A stretch of DNA of 64,000 bases from Octopus bimaculoides. Lineage: Eukaryota. Under the pieces are notes generated by a model, which was given only the letters and a program-made list of their open reading frames with translations, did no database searches and was not told the origin of the DNA. This document shows positions 12,961-26,006 of this stretch, in pieces. Both the position numbers and the translations under genes were made by a program. The stretch covers positions 17,185,082 through 17,249,081 of the forward strand of contig NC_068998.1 in NCBI RefSeq assembly GCF_001194135.2, given 5' to 3'. Positions within the stretch are counted from its first letter, which is position 1, and every line of letters starts with the position of its first letter.

Positions 12961-13392
12961 ATTTACAATGAATAGATAGGTATTCTCACCTTGTTTGTTG
13001 TTACCACAATGTTTCATCAGGTGTGTTCTGGTGGAATTTCAAACCCAACCCATTATTTGACTAATGAGGTATTCTGTTCTTATTCCTAAGGTATTTTTTT
13101 TTTTGCTGATGTTATTTTTTCTGTTGATATTATTTCCCAAGTCTCTGCATTGGATTGAATTCAGAATCTAAGGATTAGTAGCCTGTACTCTTTTCCACTA
13201 TGCTATCTGCCCGTAGGCTATGGGAATATAACGTAGTGGATAATAGGAATAAGAACAGTATACCCCATTAGTCAAATAATGGGTTGGGTTTGAAATTCCA
13301 CCAGGACACCTGATGAATGCTGGAGAGTACATCAGCAGAAACATTGTGGTAACGACAAACAAGGTAAGGACATCTATCTGTCCATTGTAAAT
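12961..13392. mobile_element. Inverted pair of Penelope-like terminal repeats (family P2)
   Basis: 12961-13088 and 13244-13392 are inverted copies, flanked by (TA)n. The right arm contains a hammerhead motif. Confidence 0.7.
13307..13348 (+). ncRNA. Minimal type I hammerhead ribozyme motif (degenerate)
   Basis: CAC-CTGATGA-A-TGCTG(gagagtacat)CAGCA-GAAAC-ATT-GTG: canonical CUGAUGA and GAAA cores, 5-bp stem II, CAC/GTG stem I. The stem III palindrome ACGT has decayed to ACAT. Confidence 0.6.
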
Positions 13393-14700
13393 ATATATGT
13401 ATGTATGTGTCTTTGTGTCAGTGTTTGTTCCCACATCACTGCTTGACAACCGGTGTTGGTGTGTTTACATCCCCATAACTTAGCGGTTTGGCAAAAGAAC
13501 TGATAGAATAAGTAGTAGGCTTCAAAAATAAGTCCTGGTGTCAGGTTGTTTGATTAAAATCCCTTCGAGGTGGTGCTCCAGCATGGCTGCAGTCAAATGA
13601 TTGGGTTTCTTTCCATCTATAGAATCTACTCACAGGACTGAAACAGGGCTATGGTAGAAGATACATGCCTAAAATGCCTTGCAGTAGTACTGAACCTGAA
13701 ACCATTTGGTTAGAAAGTAGACTCCTTAGCCACATACACACATGCATGCACGTGCACACACACACACACGCACACAATATTATAATATATTACATTTATT
13801 TAACTGAAAGTTCTAATTCAATTACTCTGAGTTTCATGTTTCTGTTAAACAAAACCTGAACAATGAAAATGGGAAATGTTTAAGAGAATATTGAGAAAAT
13901 GTAAAGAAAAACAAAAGGAAAACATTTGATTAGCTACATGTGCAAAGATAAATTTGAAGAGATAAAAATATTTGGTTATTTGTGTTCCAAAGAAAAATTA
14001 TTTGTGTTTATAAAAATTAATAAATAAATATATAAGGGTGAAATTCAATCCTATTAACTGAAGGTCTCTTAGGCCATCCTCTGAACGTCATTCATGATGA
14101 AATACAGCAAAGCTGAAGAAGGAAAGAATGCAGGAAAGAAAAAAGGAAAGGAGAAAGAGAGAAATGAAGGATGGTGGAAAAAAAAAGACAAAGAAAGCTA
14201 TATAATAACTCATTGTAAAAGTAAAAGAAAAGTTGATTTGAGAACATGTTTGAAATTAAATTTTCATTTATAAAATCACATAAGATGATAAAAAAAAAGC
14301 CTCCTGAAACCTAGAATAGTTAAAGGCAAAACAGAAAACAAAGATGCAATTGCAAAATGCTGAGTCTGCCTTAGGAAAATTACATAACAATGTTTTTCAA
14401 TTTATGTAAACATATACACAGTAGGTGCAGGGCATAGCACATAGCTGTACGGTAAGAAATTTGCTTCTCAACCACATGGTTCTCAACCACATGGTTCTGG
14501 CTTCAATTGTACTACATGGTGATTTGATGATTTGGGCAAGTGTCTTCTACTATAATCTCAGGCCAACCAAAACCTTGTGAGTGGATTTAATTCAGAAACT
14601 GGAAGAAACTCACCATATGTATGTATATCTATCTATCTATCTTCTATCTATCTATCTATCTACAGGCAGACAGACAGACAGACAGTCAGACAGACAGACA

Positions 14701-14741
<41 letters not shown>

Positions 14742-14874
14742 GATGTTCATATTAAATCTGTCAATTTTCATAAAAAGAAAAGAAAATACAATTTCCCATC
14801 CCCAAATCAAAGTAATTTTAAAATATCAAAAATTACCAATGAGTAGATTAGCACTGGGAAATAAGAGTTCACTC

Positions 14875-15560
14875 AAAATAGTCACACTCAGCTTCTACCA
14901 CATCCTCAAGATGGTTTTGGAACCGGGCACCTTCATTCTTCGTTGTGTCTCTGGGAAGATCTTTGAACACCTCATTGATCTTGGCTGCTAGATTGGCCTT
15001 GGTGTTGCAGATAATGTATTTGATGTTTTTTCTCAACTATGCCTCCCTATTCCCCCAATTGTAATCTTGGATAACAATCAGGGAAATTAGGTGGGCAGAA
15101 ACTGGGGCTCATGAAGTCATAGAAATTCTCCAACAACTACTTCTGACTCTTTCCAGAAGTATGGCCTGAAGCCAAATCCTACTACCACACATATGGCCTT
15201 CCAGCATCAACCCTCTCTAGCCAGTCTCCAGCAGCTTCACATAGCCATCTGAATAGAACATAAGGTTCTGCTCATCAGTTGTTGGATGAATTCAGAATGC
15301 CTGCTATGTCCCTTCCAGCTGGCCACAGCTTTGTAGTCTCTGTTGCAGCTATCCATACCACATCTTGTAGATTTTATAGAGTCCACAGAGCATTGAGCAG
15401 CAGTCATGATGTTGCTATTTTGATACTTGGTGCAAATGATGATAGAGGTAACTCTTTTTCAACATTCAGATAGCTTCCAGCCCTCTATGTCAGCTAGCTT
15501 TTTGTCGACTACAACTTTAATCTTTATGCTCTCCTACGCTGTTGTTGATTGTTCACTAAA
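14875..15560 (-). mobile_element. Internally deleted maT-like (DD37D family) Tc1/mariner relic
   Basis: Minus strand: N-terminal AAQCSVD..MDSCNRDYKAVA, then DAGRPYVW**D..GHTSGKSQK*L.ENFYDF..PPN.PDC, then NTKANLAAKINEVFKDLPRDT..RFQNHLEDVVEAECDYFE*. Confidence 0.8.
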
Positions 15561-15656
15561 ATATCAAGCTGTTCCTGAAAAGGAAACATAAAAAAAGATC
15601 ATCAAAATTAGTCTGAACATCCTGTTTGTGTATGTTTGTGTGTGTGTGTATGTGAG

Positions 15657-15889
15657 TTATTTCTTTACTACCCACAAGGGGCTACACACAGAGGGGACAA
15701 ACAAGGACAGACAAACGGATCAAGTCAATTATATCGACCCCAGTGCATAACTGGTACTTATTTAATCGACCCCGAAAGGATGAAAGGCAAAGTGGACCTC
15801 GGCGGAATTTGAACTCAGAACGTAGCAGCAGACGAAATACCGCTAAGCATTTTGCCCGATGTGCTAGCGTTTCTGCCAGCTCGCCGCCT

Positions 15890-15890
<1 letters not shown>
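15657..15890 (-). mobile_element. SINE family A
   Basis: Reverse complement of 12265-12493, near consensus. Tail-variant A copies lie at 26099-26310 (-), 31793-32002 (+), 51748-51957 (-) and 58254-58468 (+). Confidence 0.9.
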
Positions 15891-15921
<31 letters not shown>

Positions 15922-17159
15922 CATGCGTGCACATGCATGCAAGCATGCATATGTGTGAGTGTGTGTTACTGACTTCTTGGTTTGACATCATGTAATAGTT
16001 GTAAACTAATGTCACCATTATGCAAGTGGTACCCTTTGTTTTCAGTCATCTGTGAAAAAATGCCTAGTCATGTAGAAATATTACCTTACTTGGAAACAGG
16101 TGATGGTTGGTGAGAGGAAAGACATAGAGAAGTAGAAAATCTGGTTCAACAAATTCCATCTGATCCATGCAAGCATGGAAAGGTGAATGTGAAAATGATG
16201 TTATATTCAGTACATTATTCCACAAGTTCATGTTCTCATTCTCCTTCAATATTAAAATCTTTCCTGTTAAGTGAAGTTAACTCAGTATCTTTATGCTATT
16301 TCCAGATTGGAAAAAGTAAGGATTAATCATTTTATGTAAAAGGTGGTGTTACCATTTTGCCTTAATCTCCAAATATATCTAAAAGAAGAAAACAGGTAGC
16401 AATTTTATGTTCTGGTTAACTCACAAATACTTGTGAGGGTAAAATCATGTTTTAAATTAATTATCTGTTGATCTGATGTACGATTTCATCTGTGTGTCAT
16501 TGATCAATTCTACTTTGATACAGTATACCAAGGAATTGGCAAGACAATTCCCATTAAGCAGGAAGATACTAGGATTTCTACAGCTACACCTGCTTTTGGT
16601 TTTGGCATTACTATTATTTGACATGTTCCACATTAATTGAATTAATTAAGCAACTGAATTTGTTGCAGAAAGAGTAAGAAACATTAATAGAATTTTTAGC
16701 AAAGATTTTATGGAAGCTACATTCTCACTTAAAATGAATGAAACTAATTTAAGCTCTTTGACTATACTTGTTAAAGTAAAAATTAGATTATACCACATGA
16801 CTTTTCAATTTTTATTTATACATTTAGGAAGTATAGGCCTAGCTATATATACCATGCTATTCGAAAATCTTAATGAGTAAATGCTTCATTATAGATATGT
16901 GAAAGTTTTACAAAAGCATCTCCATCTCAGTATAGGGATGCTATAAGTCTACTAACATTGACCACACCTTTACTGTGTTCCCCATTCATTGCATCCACTT
17001 AGCTGTTTAGCATTCAAACTGGTCATATCCAGCCCACATATTCTACCTACTTTATGTTCAAACCATCCAGACAAAGTTATTCTAAAATAAGCAATCACAT
17101 CATTGAAATCTCCAAGTTATGAGATAATGCATGATTAATTCAAAACAACGTGAATAAAA

Positions 17160-17411
17160 AGGTGCAGGTATGGTAAGAAGCTTGCTTCCCAACCACATGG
17201 TCCCAGGTTCAGTCCTACTGTATGGCACCTTGCGCAAGTGTCTTTAACTATAGCCTCAGGCTAACCAAAGCCTTGTGAGTGGATTTGGTAGATGGAAGTT
17301 GAAAGAAGCCTGTCATATTTGTGTGTGTGTCTATGTTCCCCCCACCCCCGCCACCATCGCTTGACAACCGATGTTGGAGTGTTTACATTTCTGTAACTTA
17401 GCAGTTTGGCA
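17160..17411 (+). mobile_element. SINE family B, truncated by a GC-rich insert
   Basis: tRNA-like head, CORE-like GGCACCTTGGGCAAGTG segment, (GT)n and the start of the tail. The sequence breaks at GCAGTTTGGCA. Confidence 0.85.
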
Positions 17412-19168
17412 AGTCAGCAAGAGAGCAGTTCGTAGCGAGCAGAGAGCCGGCCGCTGCCGCCGGCGAAGCAGTGGTGCGATCATCAGTCTGGAGTAGCCTG
17501 ACCTTCTAGTCGAAGATGCTTGTCAAGCTCTTGTAAACATATAATAATTCTAGTGAAATACATTCACTGATTTCAAATTTAGAAATAATACATTGGATGT
17601 AGGCTTAGCTGGGTGGAGGTGCTTGTCTCCCCCTTGTAAATATAAGGACACAGGAAATGTTTCAAGGCCGACAGGAAGCGGTGCAGCTTTCTAGGTCTAA
17701 CCAACAGTAGTATTATTCCCTTCAGGGGACTGTCACATTCAGTTGACAACATACAATTACTTCATCGTATCACTACTGCATAAATCTCTCTGAGAGATTT
17801 AGAAATGTGGTGGTGGTGGTGGCAATGGTGTTGTCAGTTATGATGATGATGATGATATTAAGGTAGCAAATTTTGATAATATTCACATTAAGGAGGCAGG
17901 AATGATGAAGCCCAAGATAAAATATTTTGCCCTAGATTAAATAATTACTTGTCATCCATTTATCTTGGCTGTTCTAATCCTTTTGGGGGGTTTACTGACT
18001 TGGTATTTCTGCCTTCTTGTGTTGATAAAATAAATATCAAGCATATTTTGGAATCTGTTTACTCAATTATACCTTCTCACTACTAATTTGTGGTCTTAGC
18101 TAGCCAAAGAAATCAATATTTGTGACCATATTTTTAATGAAAACCACTACCTATGTGTTTCAAAATTAATTTTGAAATTAATCAACGAATCGGAGTGATT
18201 TAGTAAAATAATAAACTTGTATGTTATTAACTATTTCATGACAATATTTCTGATGCAATACACCGTAAGTATATAACTTCAATTCAATTTTGAATGAGCC
18301 AGTGAGATAGTCTCCACATGGTCGCTTGTCCTGCTAGAAATAGCAGCTAAATCTCTCTCAAGCATGTCTACCATTTTAGAAAACAACATGTTGGTTAATG
18401 TGGTTCTGACTTCCTTGTAATTGTAAAAAAAAACAAGATTGGCATGTATGGAATTACCTTTGATCATAGGATTGCTCAACCAGAGATTAACCTTAAGCTA
18501 AACAGTAACAGTAATTAATTTAAAAACTAATCAAGGATTTTGTGGAATTTAATAAAAAAATTTTTTTATGAAGTTGATTTTAAGAGCAGTGAAGTGGCAG
18601 TGCTATTAGAGCTATTAGAGTATCTGACATAATTTGTTGTAGTAGTTCTTCCTGTAGTCTACATTCTGAGCTCAGATCCACCAAACTCAACTTTGCCATG
18701 GCTGAAGTCTTAAAATGACTTGGATGTGTTGGTGCAGTAGTAGACACACCAGTCAAAGGTGTTTGGCATTGGATGACAAAAGTTTGAGTCTTCAGGTCTC
18801 TAGTCCTCTCAGTCTTGTTCTTTAGTTGCAAGACTTGGACACTGTCTGGGGTCCTTAGGAGCTGCCTGAACTCCTTTGGTACCAGGACACTTTGCAAGAT
18901 TAAGGGTTACCATTGGCTGGATTTCATATACAACCAACGTGGAGGCATGTGGCTTAGTGGTTAGAGTGTTGGGCTCATGATTGTAAAATTGTGGTTTTGA
19001 TTCCTGGACCAGTCAATGCATTGTGTTCTTGAGCAAGACACTTCATTTTACATTGTTCCAGTTCACTCAGCTGTCAAAAACGAGTAATTGCACAACAGAC
19101 TGACATCCCATCCAAGGGGGGAATACATACACCAGGAAACCAGAAGGTAATTTTACCTTTTTTTTTTA

Positions 19169-20453
19169 CTGTAAAAACCCATGTAATTTGTGCACCTGTG
19201 GAATTTACACAGGTGATTTTTTCAGGATAAAATTTGTTAAAAAAAGCTTCTACTCATGTAAAATTTGCACCCAAAAGTTTTCAGAATTGCTGATACAGCC
19301 AGTGAAAAAGGTTTTCTATTTAGTTGTATTTAGTATAATTTTACTTACTTATGATTAAATTTTATTAAATTTTCATTAAATAAAAATAATTTCTGTTTAA
19401 CAGGTATCACATTAAAACCTATTAAATTACGAAGTGTTTGTGTTGTTTATAATAAACTTTATTATACATTTCTTGCCCACAAGAGATTATGTCTGATCTT
19501 TAGCATACTGCTTTATGTCTTCTCAAATCAGCATCACAGGAAAAGTTGTTGATAAGAATTACCAACAAAAACAAAGCTGATAAATACACACAGGTGTTGC
19601 AAATTAAGTTCAATTACCAATAAACATCAGCTTGGATGACACTTTGCTCAACCAACAGAGGAAGGTGACTGACCAAACTGATTATGTAAACAAATTTCTT
19701 TTCCACCTATTCTTGTTGGAACCTTTGATATGCAGTATTGACATTTTAATCCCTTTCACACTTATGAAATGTCAAGCAAACTTAAAAATTTGTCATTACT
19801 GTTATTGTCAGTATGGGCAGAACTTATTAATCATTTATTGTGAAGGAGAAATCAAATATGTTGAATATACATTTGAACGTGGCAATACAGCTGCCAGAAG
19901 GCACTTTAATGTTACTGAAGCCAACGTTCAAAATTGGTGTAAACAGTATGACAAACTTAAAACTGTGCCTAGTAATAAACAGACAAAAATAGAAACATAC
20001 AATGAAGGTTATCTCTATCATTACATTTTTTTCCAGTCAGGAATATCCATATCACTATGTATGTGATTGGTGTTCCATTGTGATAGGTAAAAATCCAAGC
20101 AATGTAAAATATGGTCCAGACCGTGTTTACCAGCATGAACTTCAGACTCTAAAAGGTAGTCAACCATTTAATGGTTTTAGTAAATTTATACAGAAAAAGT
20201 AAGCATTATACTGCCCAGCATAAATAAAAGTCAACTTCATTATATTTAAGTCATTATTTCTTTCTGCAAAAACCTATTCTGATAGTAAATGAGTCAACTT
20301 CCAGTACAAATGTTTACATTTTGTACGTCTTTTTTCAACAAAAAAATTTCAAATAAAATTCTGGAAACGATCTACTCATGTAATTTACACACCCATTAAA
20401 GTTTATATTTATTTTTGTGAAAAAAAGTGTATAAATTACATGGGTTTTTACAG
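19169..20453 (+). mobile_element. pogo/Tigger-like DNA transposon, non-autonomous (1285 bp)
   Basis: 27-bp TIRs CTGTAAAAACCCATGTAATTT(G/A)T(G/A)CAC, 25/27 identical, with TA on both sides. The internal ORF segment EIKYVEYTFERGNTAARRHFNVTEANVQNWCKQYDKL resembles the Brinker-type HTH of pogo transposases. No DDD domain remains. Confidence 0.9.
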
Positions 20454-21002
20454 TATATACTCAGAAAATCAAGCAACATGACCATACAGTCTAAGCTGAC
20501 ACTCCTGAATCATACAAGTAACCGGATGCATCTCAGGTTCTAAGTATAGTCATTGGTTGTATATACTGAGACTTTCCCAAGATCAGCAAAGGTATGTTGC
20601 AGCACTTAATGCTGAATCATTAAAACAATGTTTAGCACACCAGATTACACAGAGGTCTAATAGAATAGCTCTCAGAAACAGACCATGTACAAATTCGTTC
20701 TTCACAACACCTGGAGCTGCTTTCAGATATGATTTATCCCATTCTTATAAAAATGATAATTCTGTCGAAACTGGTGTAGGAAACTTAAATTGTCATTTTA
20801 TGCAAAGCTTCAAAATTTACTCCACAAATGTTTTGTTGTCAATGCTGCACTTTTCTGTATCACCTGTTTCAACATAATTATAATATATAAATACAAACTA
20901 TGCCATTTTAATATTGAGCAATACTGGATATCTCTGCTTGTTAGTTACTAAAATCGTTTTGTTAAGTAGACAGACCTTTGGAAAGCATTGAATCAATGAA
21001 AT

Positions 21003-21212
21003 TATCTTTTATCTTTTATTGTTTCAGTCATTAGATGGCGGCCATGCTGGGAAACCACCTTGAAGAATTTTGTTTTAGTTGAATGAATTGACCTCAGGAC
21101 TTACTTTTTGTTAGGCCAGGTACTTATTCTATTGGTCTCTTTTGCTGAACCACAAAGTTACAGGGACATAAATACATCAATACTGGTAGTGGGGGACAAA
21201 CACAGACACAAA

Positions 21213-21254
<42 letters not shown>

Positions 21255-21523
21255 TGCACATGCACACGTATGCACATATGTATAAATATATATGATATAC
21301 ACACACACACACACACATATGACAGGCTTCTTTTAGTTTCCATATACCAAATTCACTCACAAGGCTTTGGTTGGCCAGAGGCCATAGTTAAAGACACTTG
21401 CCCATGGTGCCACTCAGTGGGACTGNNNNNNNNNNCTTGCCCATGGTGCCACTCAGTGGGACTGAAACCAAAACCATGTGGTTGGGAAGCAAACTTCTTA
21501 CCACACAGCCATGCCTGCACCTA
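21003..21523 (-). mobile_element. SINE family B, full length
   Basis: Head, CORE-like segment, internal microsatellite and tail, all matching 46426-46800. Confidence 0.85.
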
Positions 21524-23506
21524 CATTTTTATATTTACCACTAAATAAAATATCAAGATTACACTACAAGAGAGAGAGAGAGATTGAGAGATTGAGAGAG
21601 AGAGAAGTGTTAAATGTTTCAAATGATCATAAGCCTACAGAAATCCAATATCAAGATTGGTCTTGGCTCTCTCTATTCAGTGTTAGTTCAAATCAATAAT
21701 AAGCTAGAGAACCGTCTGTTATAAAGTTGTTGATATGAACAGATGTTTTCTCTTCTAAATATCAAAGTTTGTTTGATTGTTGTTGCTTTGTTGTGCTTGC
21801 TGTTTGGTAAAAGGGTAGTTGTTTTTTTTTTTGTGCCGTTGTTGTTGATTTAGCTTTTGCTGTCGTTTCTGTTGTTGATGCATTTGTTGTTCTGTTGTTT
21901 TTGTTTTTGTAGTTGTTGTTGTTGTTGTTGGTGTCTCTGTTGTTTTGTTCTTATTGTTATTCTGTTGTTGTTGTTGTTGCTGTTGTTGTCGTCGTTGTCG
22001 TCATCATCATCGTCATTTGTTGCTTTTTTCAGTCAGGTCAGCTCTGATAAAGTAGACCAAGGATCAAAGAATTCCATCTATGACCATCTCATCTGATTTC
22101 CTATTTTCAGACATAGCAAGTGAATGTAGAACTGCATTATCCTTTGTGTCTTTGCTTTCATAGTTTTTTTAAAGATGTTAAGGTGATGTGCTTTGAGAAG
22201 AGTTTAGCTGCTATTTCTAGCAGATCAAGTAACCACATCAAAGGATTGTCATTGGTTCAAAGTTTGTTTGATTTCATGTTTGGTTGTTGAATGAGAAACA
22301 AAATTGAATCCATTTAACTCTAATTCTTCTGAAGTAAGAGTCTATAATACAGTCCTGCTAGTCACACCTAGAATGTGTTCAAGTGTTACGTTATAAACAA
22401 CCTTGACTATGAAATGAATCAGACATAAGCAAAATCTTCAAAATAGTGAAACAAGTTTGGTGTGTTACATTTTAAGCAATCTTAATTATGGAATGAAATC
22501 AAAGATGTACTCTTTCCTCTTTTATTCTTTTACCCATTTGAGCCTGTGTGCCATGGCCATGCTGTGGCACAATCATTGTTGTTGCTGCACTTTTACTCAC
22601 CCTCCCTCTTTGGTTGTTTTTTTTTTTTTTGGTGAATGAGAGAGTTCACTGTTGCAATGTTGCTCCTCTCATTTGAATTTCTTGCCATGAGGTAAAGGCA
22701 TCTGGAATCTCAGATAATAAGATGTACGGTTAGCTCTTGAAAGCATCATTTACACTGTGTAGATTTCTCAAGCCTTTTGAAGAGCTATGTGCCTTTGAGA
22801 CCTATGGCACTATCTGGTCATAATTCTAGGGAATTTTTGGTTCTATGTAATAGCATCATTTACAAAGATTTTTCTAGCATTTTTTATCTGTGAACCCCTT
22901 TGATTACTATTCTATTCTGGTGGATCTCCTCATAGCCATTTGATGCTTTTAAAAAACTTGTTTTATAGTTTTTAGTTGGTTGAACTATGTAAAATGTTGG
23001 AGAAAGAAACCCAGCTGTTTCTTGCAATACATACCAATGCACACATCTAAAGCAACATTTTTTCAGGGGCACTTAAAATACTATTGTGGAGTCCTTATTT
23101 ACTATTTTGTTGTGTAGATCCTTGCAAAATCTTATATGGACCCCAGGGGCAATATAGACCCTTTGGACAACCACTGCTCTTATGGCTCAGCTGATTTGTT
23201 GATTCATGTGTTCAATACATGATTCACTGGTTCACAGATATAAGGGGACTTTGAAATACTGTAGTGTTTCAACCTCATTGTGTGTCTCCTCAGTCAAAGC
23301 AACACAATAGCCAGACTCATGAATCTCACAAGACTACAATCTTTTTTTATAGAAATTAGTAAATAAAATATTTGCTGATGCATTGCAGATGTCTGCCAAA
23401 CAGATACTACTTCATAGGGTACATGCAGAACAACAAGAATACAAACAACATGTTTTATTTGATTTGCAAGATTCTTGATGTGAGCTTGTGTGTTGAACCA
23501 GATTTT

Positions 23507-23912
23507 TTGTATCTCAGGAAGGTCATTATGCAAATAACAAACACATGCACTGGTTCAATTTCACTTCTGTATTGTTTTTGTCAATCAGTTAGCTATTTAG
23601 TTAATTAATTATTTGATTAATTATCCAGTTAATTGATTGATCAGTTGTGATGGCCAAAATCCTTTCATCACCATTTATGACCTCTTCGAAGACATGCCCT
23701 GAGAAAGACCAACAACTGACCAGAGTAAAGAGGGCGTGTCACAGAAGAGGTCATGAATGACAATGAAAGGACTTTGGCAAACACAACTAATTGAGTGATT
23801 CACCAAACAACCAATTAATTAGTTGGTTAAACAGCTAACCATCATCATTATCATCGTCATCGTCATCGTCATCGTCACCGTCATCGTCACCGTCGTCGTC
23901 ATCGTCGTCATT

Positions 23913-23959
<47 letters not shown>

Positions 23960-24213
23960 TTAACGCCTGTTTTCCATGCTGGCATGGATTGGATGGTTTG
24001 ACCAGAGCTCGCAAGGCTGGGGCTGCACCAGGCTCCATTGTCTGCTCTGATATGATTTCTATAGCAGGCTATGGCTGGATTCCTTTCCTAATGTCAACCA
24101 CTCCACAGAATGTACTGGGTTCTTTTTATGTGGTAATTGAAGAATAATAATAAAGAAGTGAAACTGAACCAGTGTGTGTTTATCATTGGCATAATGACCC
24201 TCCCAAGATACAA
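23507..24213. mobile_element. Palindromic MITE-like element with an RTE 3' end inserted
   Basis: ~68-bp outer inverted repeats (23507-23575 and ~24150-24213) and inner ~70-bp inverted repeats (~23630-23700 and ~23732-23802). A second copy lies at 34155-34453. Confidence 0.7.
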
Positions 24214-24525
24214 TAGAATAACACACCCATCCATTCTTAATATGTTGGTTCTGGCAGATTCAAATATGAATATCTGATTGCTGTTGTTTGTCATCATCAA
24301 AGAACATCTCCCTTTAGATGATTTGTTTTCATAACACCTGTGATTCACTGATTTATAGAACTAGGGATCTCCAGAAGTTCCTTTAGTTGCTAAAAATGCA
24401 CCAGAATGAAATATCTATCCCAAGGAAAATCCAGCATATTTTAGACACCATTGGATCAATTACATGGCATTCACCAAAGCACCAATGCAGCCTGCCATTA
24501 GCAAATAAAGAGGCTTCTACATGGT

Positions 24526-25110
24526 TACTCTTTTACTTGTTTCAGTCATTTGACTGCAGCCATGCTGGAGCACCGCCTTTAGTCGAGCAAATCGACCCCC
24601 AGGACTTATAATTTGGAAGCCTAGTACTTATTCTATCATTCTCTTTTGCCGAACCGCTAAGTTACGGGGACATAAACACACCATCATCAGTTGTCAAGCA
24701 ATGTTGGGGGGACAAACACAGACACACAAACACACACACACACATACATATANNNNNNNNNNNNNNNNNNNNNNNNNNNNNNNNNNNNNNNNNNNNNNNN
24801 NNNNNNNNNNNNNNNNNNNNNNNNNNNNNNNNNNNNNNNNNNNNNNNNNNNNNNNNNNNNNNNNNNNNNNNNNNNNNNNNNNNNNNNNNNNNNNNNNNNN
24901 NNNNNNNNNNNNNNNNNNNNNNNNNNTATATATATACATATATACAACAGACTTCTTTCAGTTTCTGTCTACCAAACCCACTCACAAGGCTTTGGTCGGC
25001 CCGAGGCTAGAGTAGAAGACACTTGCCCAAGATGCCACGCAGTGGGACTGAACCCGGAACCATGTGGTTGGTAAGCAAGCTACTTACCACACAGCCACTT
25101 CTATGCCTAT
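24526..25110 (-). mobile_element. SINE family B, full length (assembly gap in the internal microsatellite)
   Basis: Near-consensus head and tail. Confidence 0.9.
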
Positions 25111-25965
25111 GGTAGTAAATTAGTAAAGAACAGCAGTCAAATCTTCCTGAAATTACATCCTAGGAAGGAGACACCGAGTAATGTAATGCTATTTATGAAA
25201 ACAAGAGACTAGGTGGTGACTGCCACAAAGCCTTTGATCCTAAATCTACCCAATCAAGGTCAAGCTGAGGATAAACAACCAAAAACCAACAGCTCTGTGC
25301 AGTGAGCAAATGAAACAGCAACTTTGGTAGTGCTCCCTCTCCTTTCAGTACCACACCATGATACCTGTTAATGACTGGTTGCACTGAGCTGTAAAGAGTA
25401 AAGAGTAAAGAATAATGAGTTATGTCTTTTTGCTGTGCTGGTGAAAATACAATTAAAAGAATGGCAAAAATAAAGCAAATTTTTAATAGGAAATTTAATT
25501 TAAATAAAGACGTAAAGAAAACGAAGCTCATTAATGAAGAAACATGTATCTGAGAGAGAAACCAAAGTATTCATGAGAGGAGCCAAAGAATACAGAGAAA
25601 GAAGAGGGGAGAAAGAGAAAGAGAAAAAGAGTAAGAGAGAGTTGGAGGGAGGGAGATGGGAAGGAGGGGGAATGGGTGGGGGGAAAGACGAGGAGAGAGA
25701 TTGAGGGTGGTTTGATTATTTAAGTCGCTTACATTGACTAGCAAGATAGAAAAGTGTTTCTTGCCTGCAACAGCACAAGCTTAATGAAGCGTGACAATAC
25801 AGACTCCTATTTGACCACTGCTGCTGCTGTTGCTGTAACTACTACTACTACTACTACTACTATATGAAGTGTATGCACAGCATATCTTGACCAATATTCA
25901 AATTTAAAAATTATACAAATGAAAATTTCCCAGTGAAACATGTGCATTATATAAACAAATATATA

Positions 25966-26006
<41 letters not shown>

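Noticed and set aside
16306-16315. 10-nt micro-exon candidate (ccag|ATTGGAAAAA|gtaag)
   Set aside because: Expected by chance in 64 kb, with no supporting exons.
17470-17490. Minus-strand CTGATGA as a hammerhead core
   Set aside because: There is no properly placed GAAA or stem II partner.
21397-21466. 29-bp direct duplication inside a SINE
   Set aside because: It flanks a 10-N gap exactly, which indicates a contig-overlap artefact.
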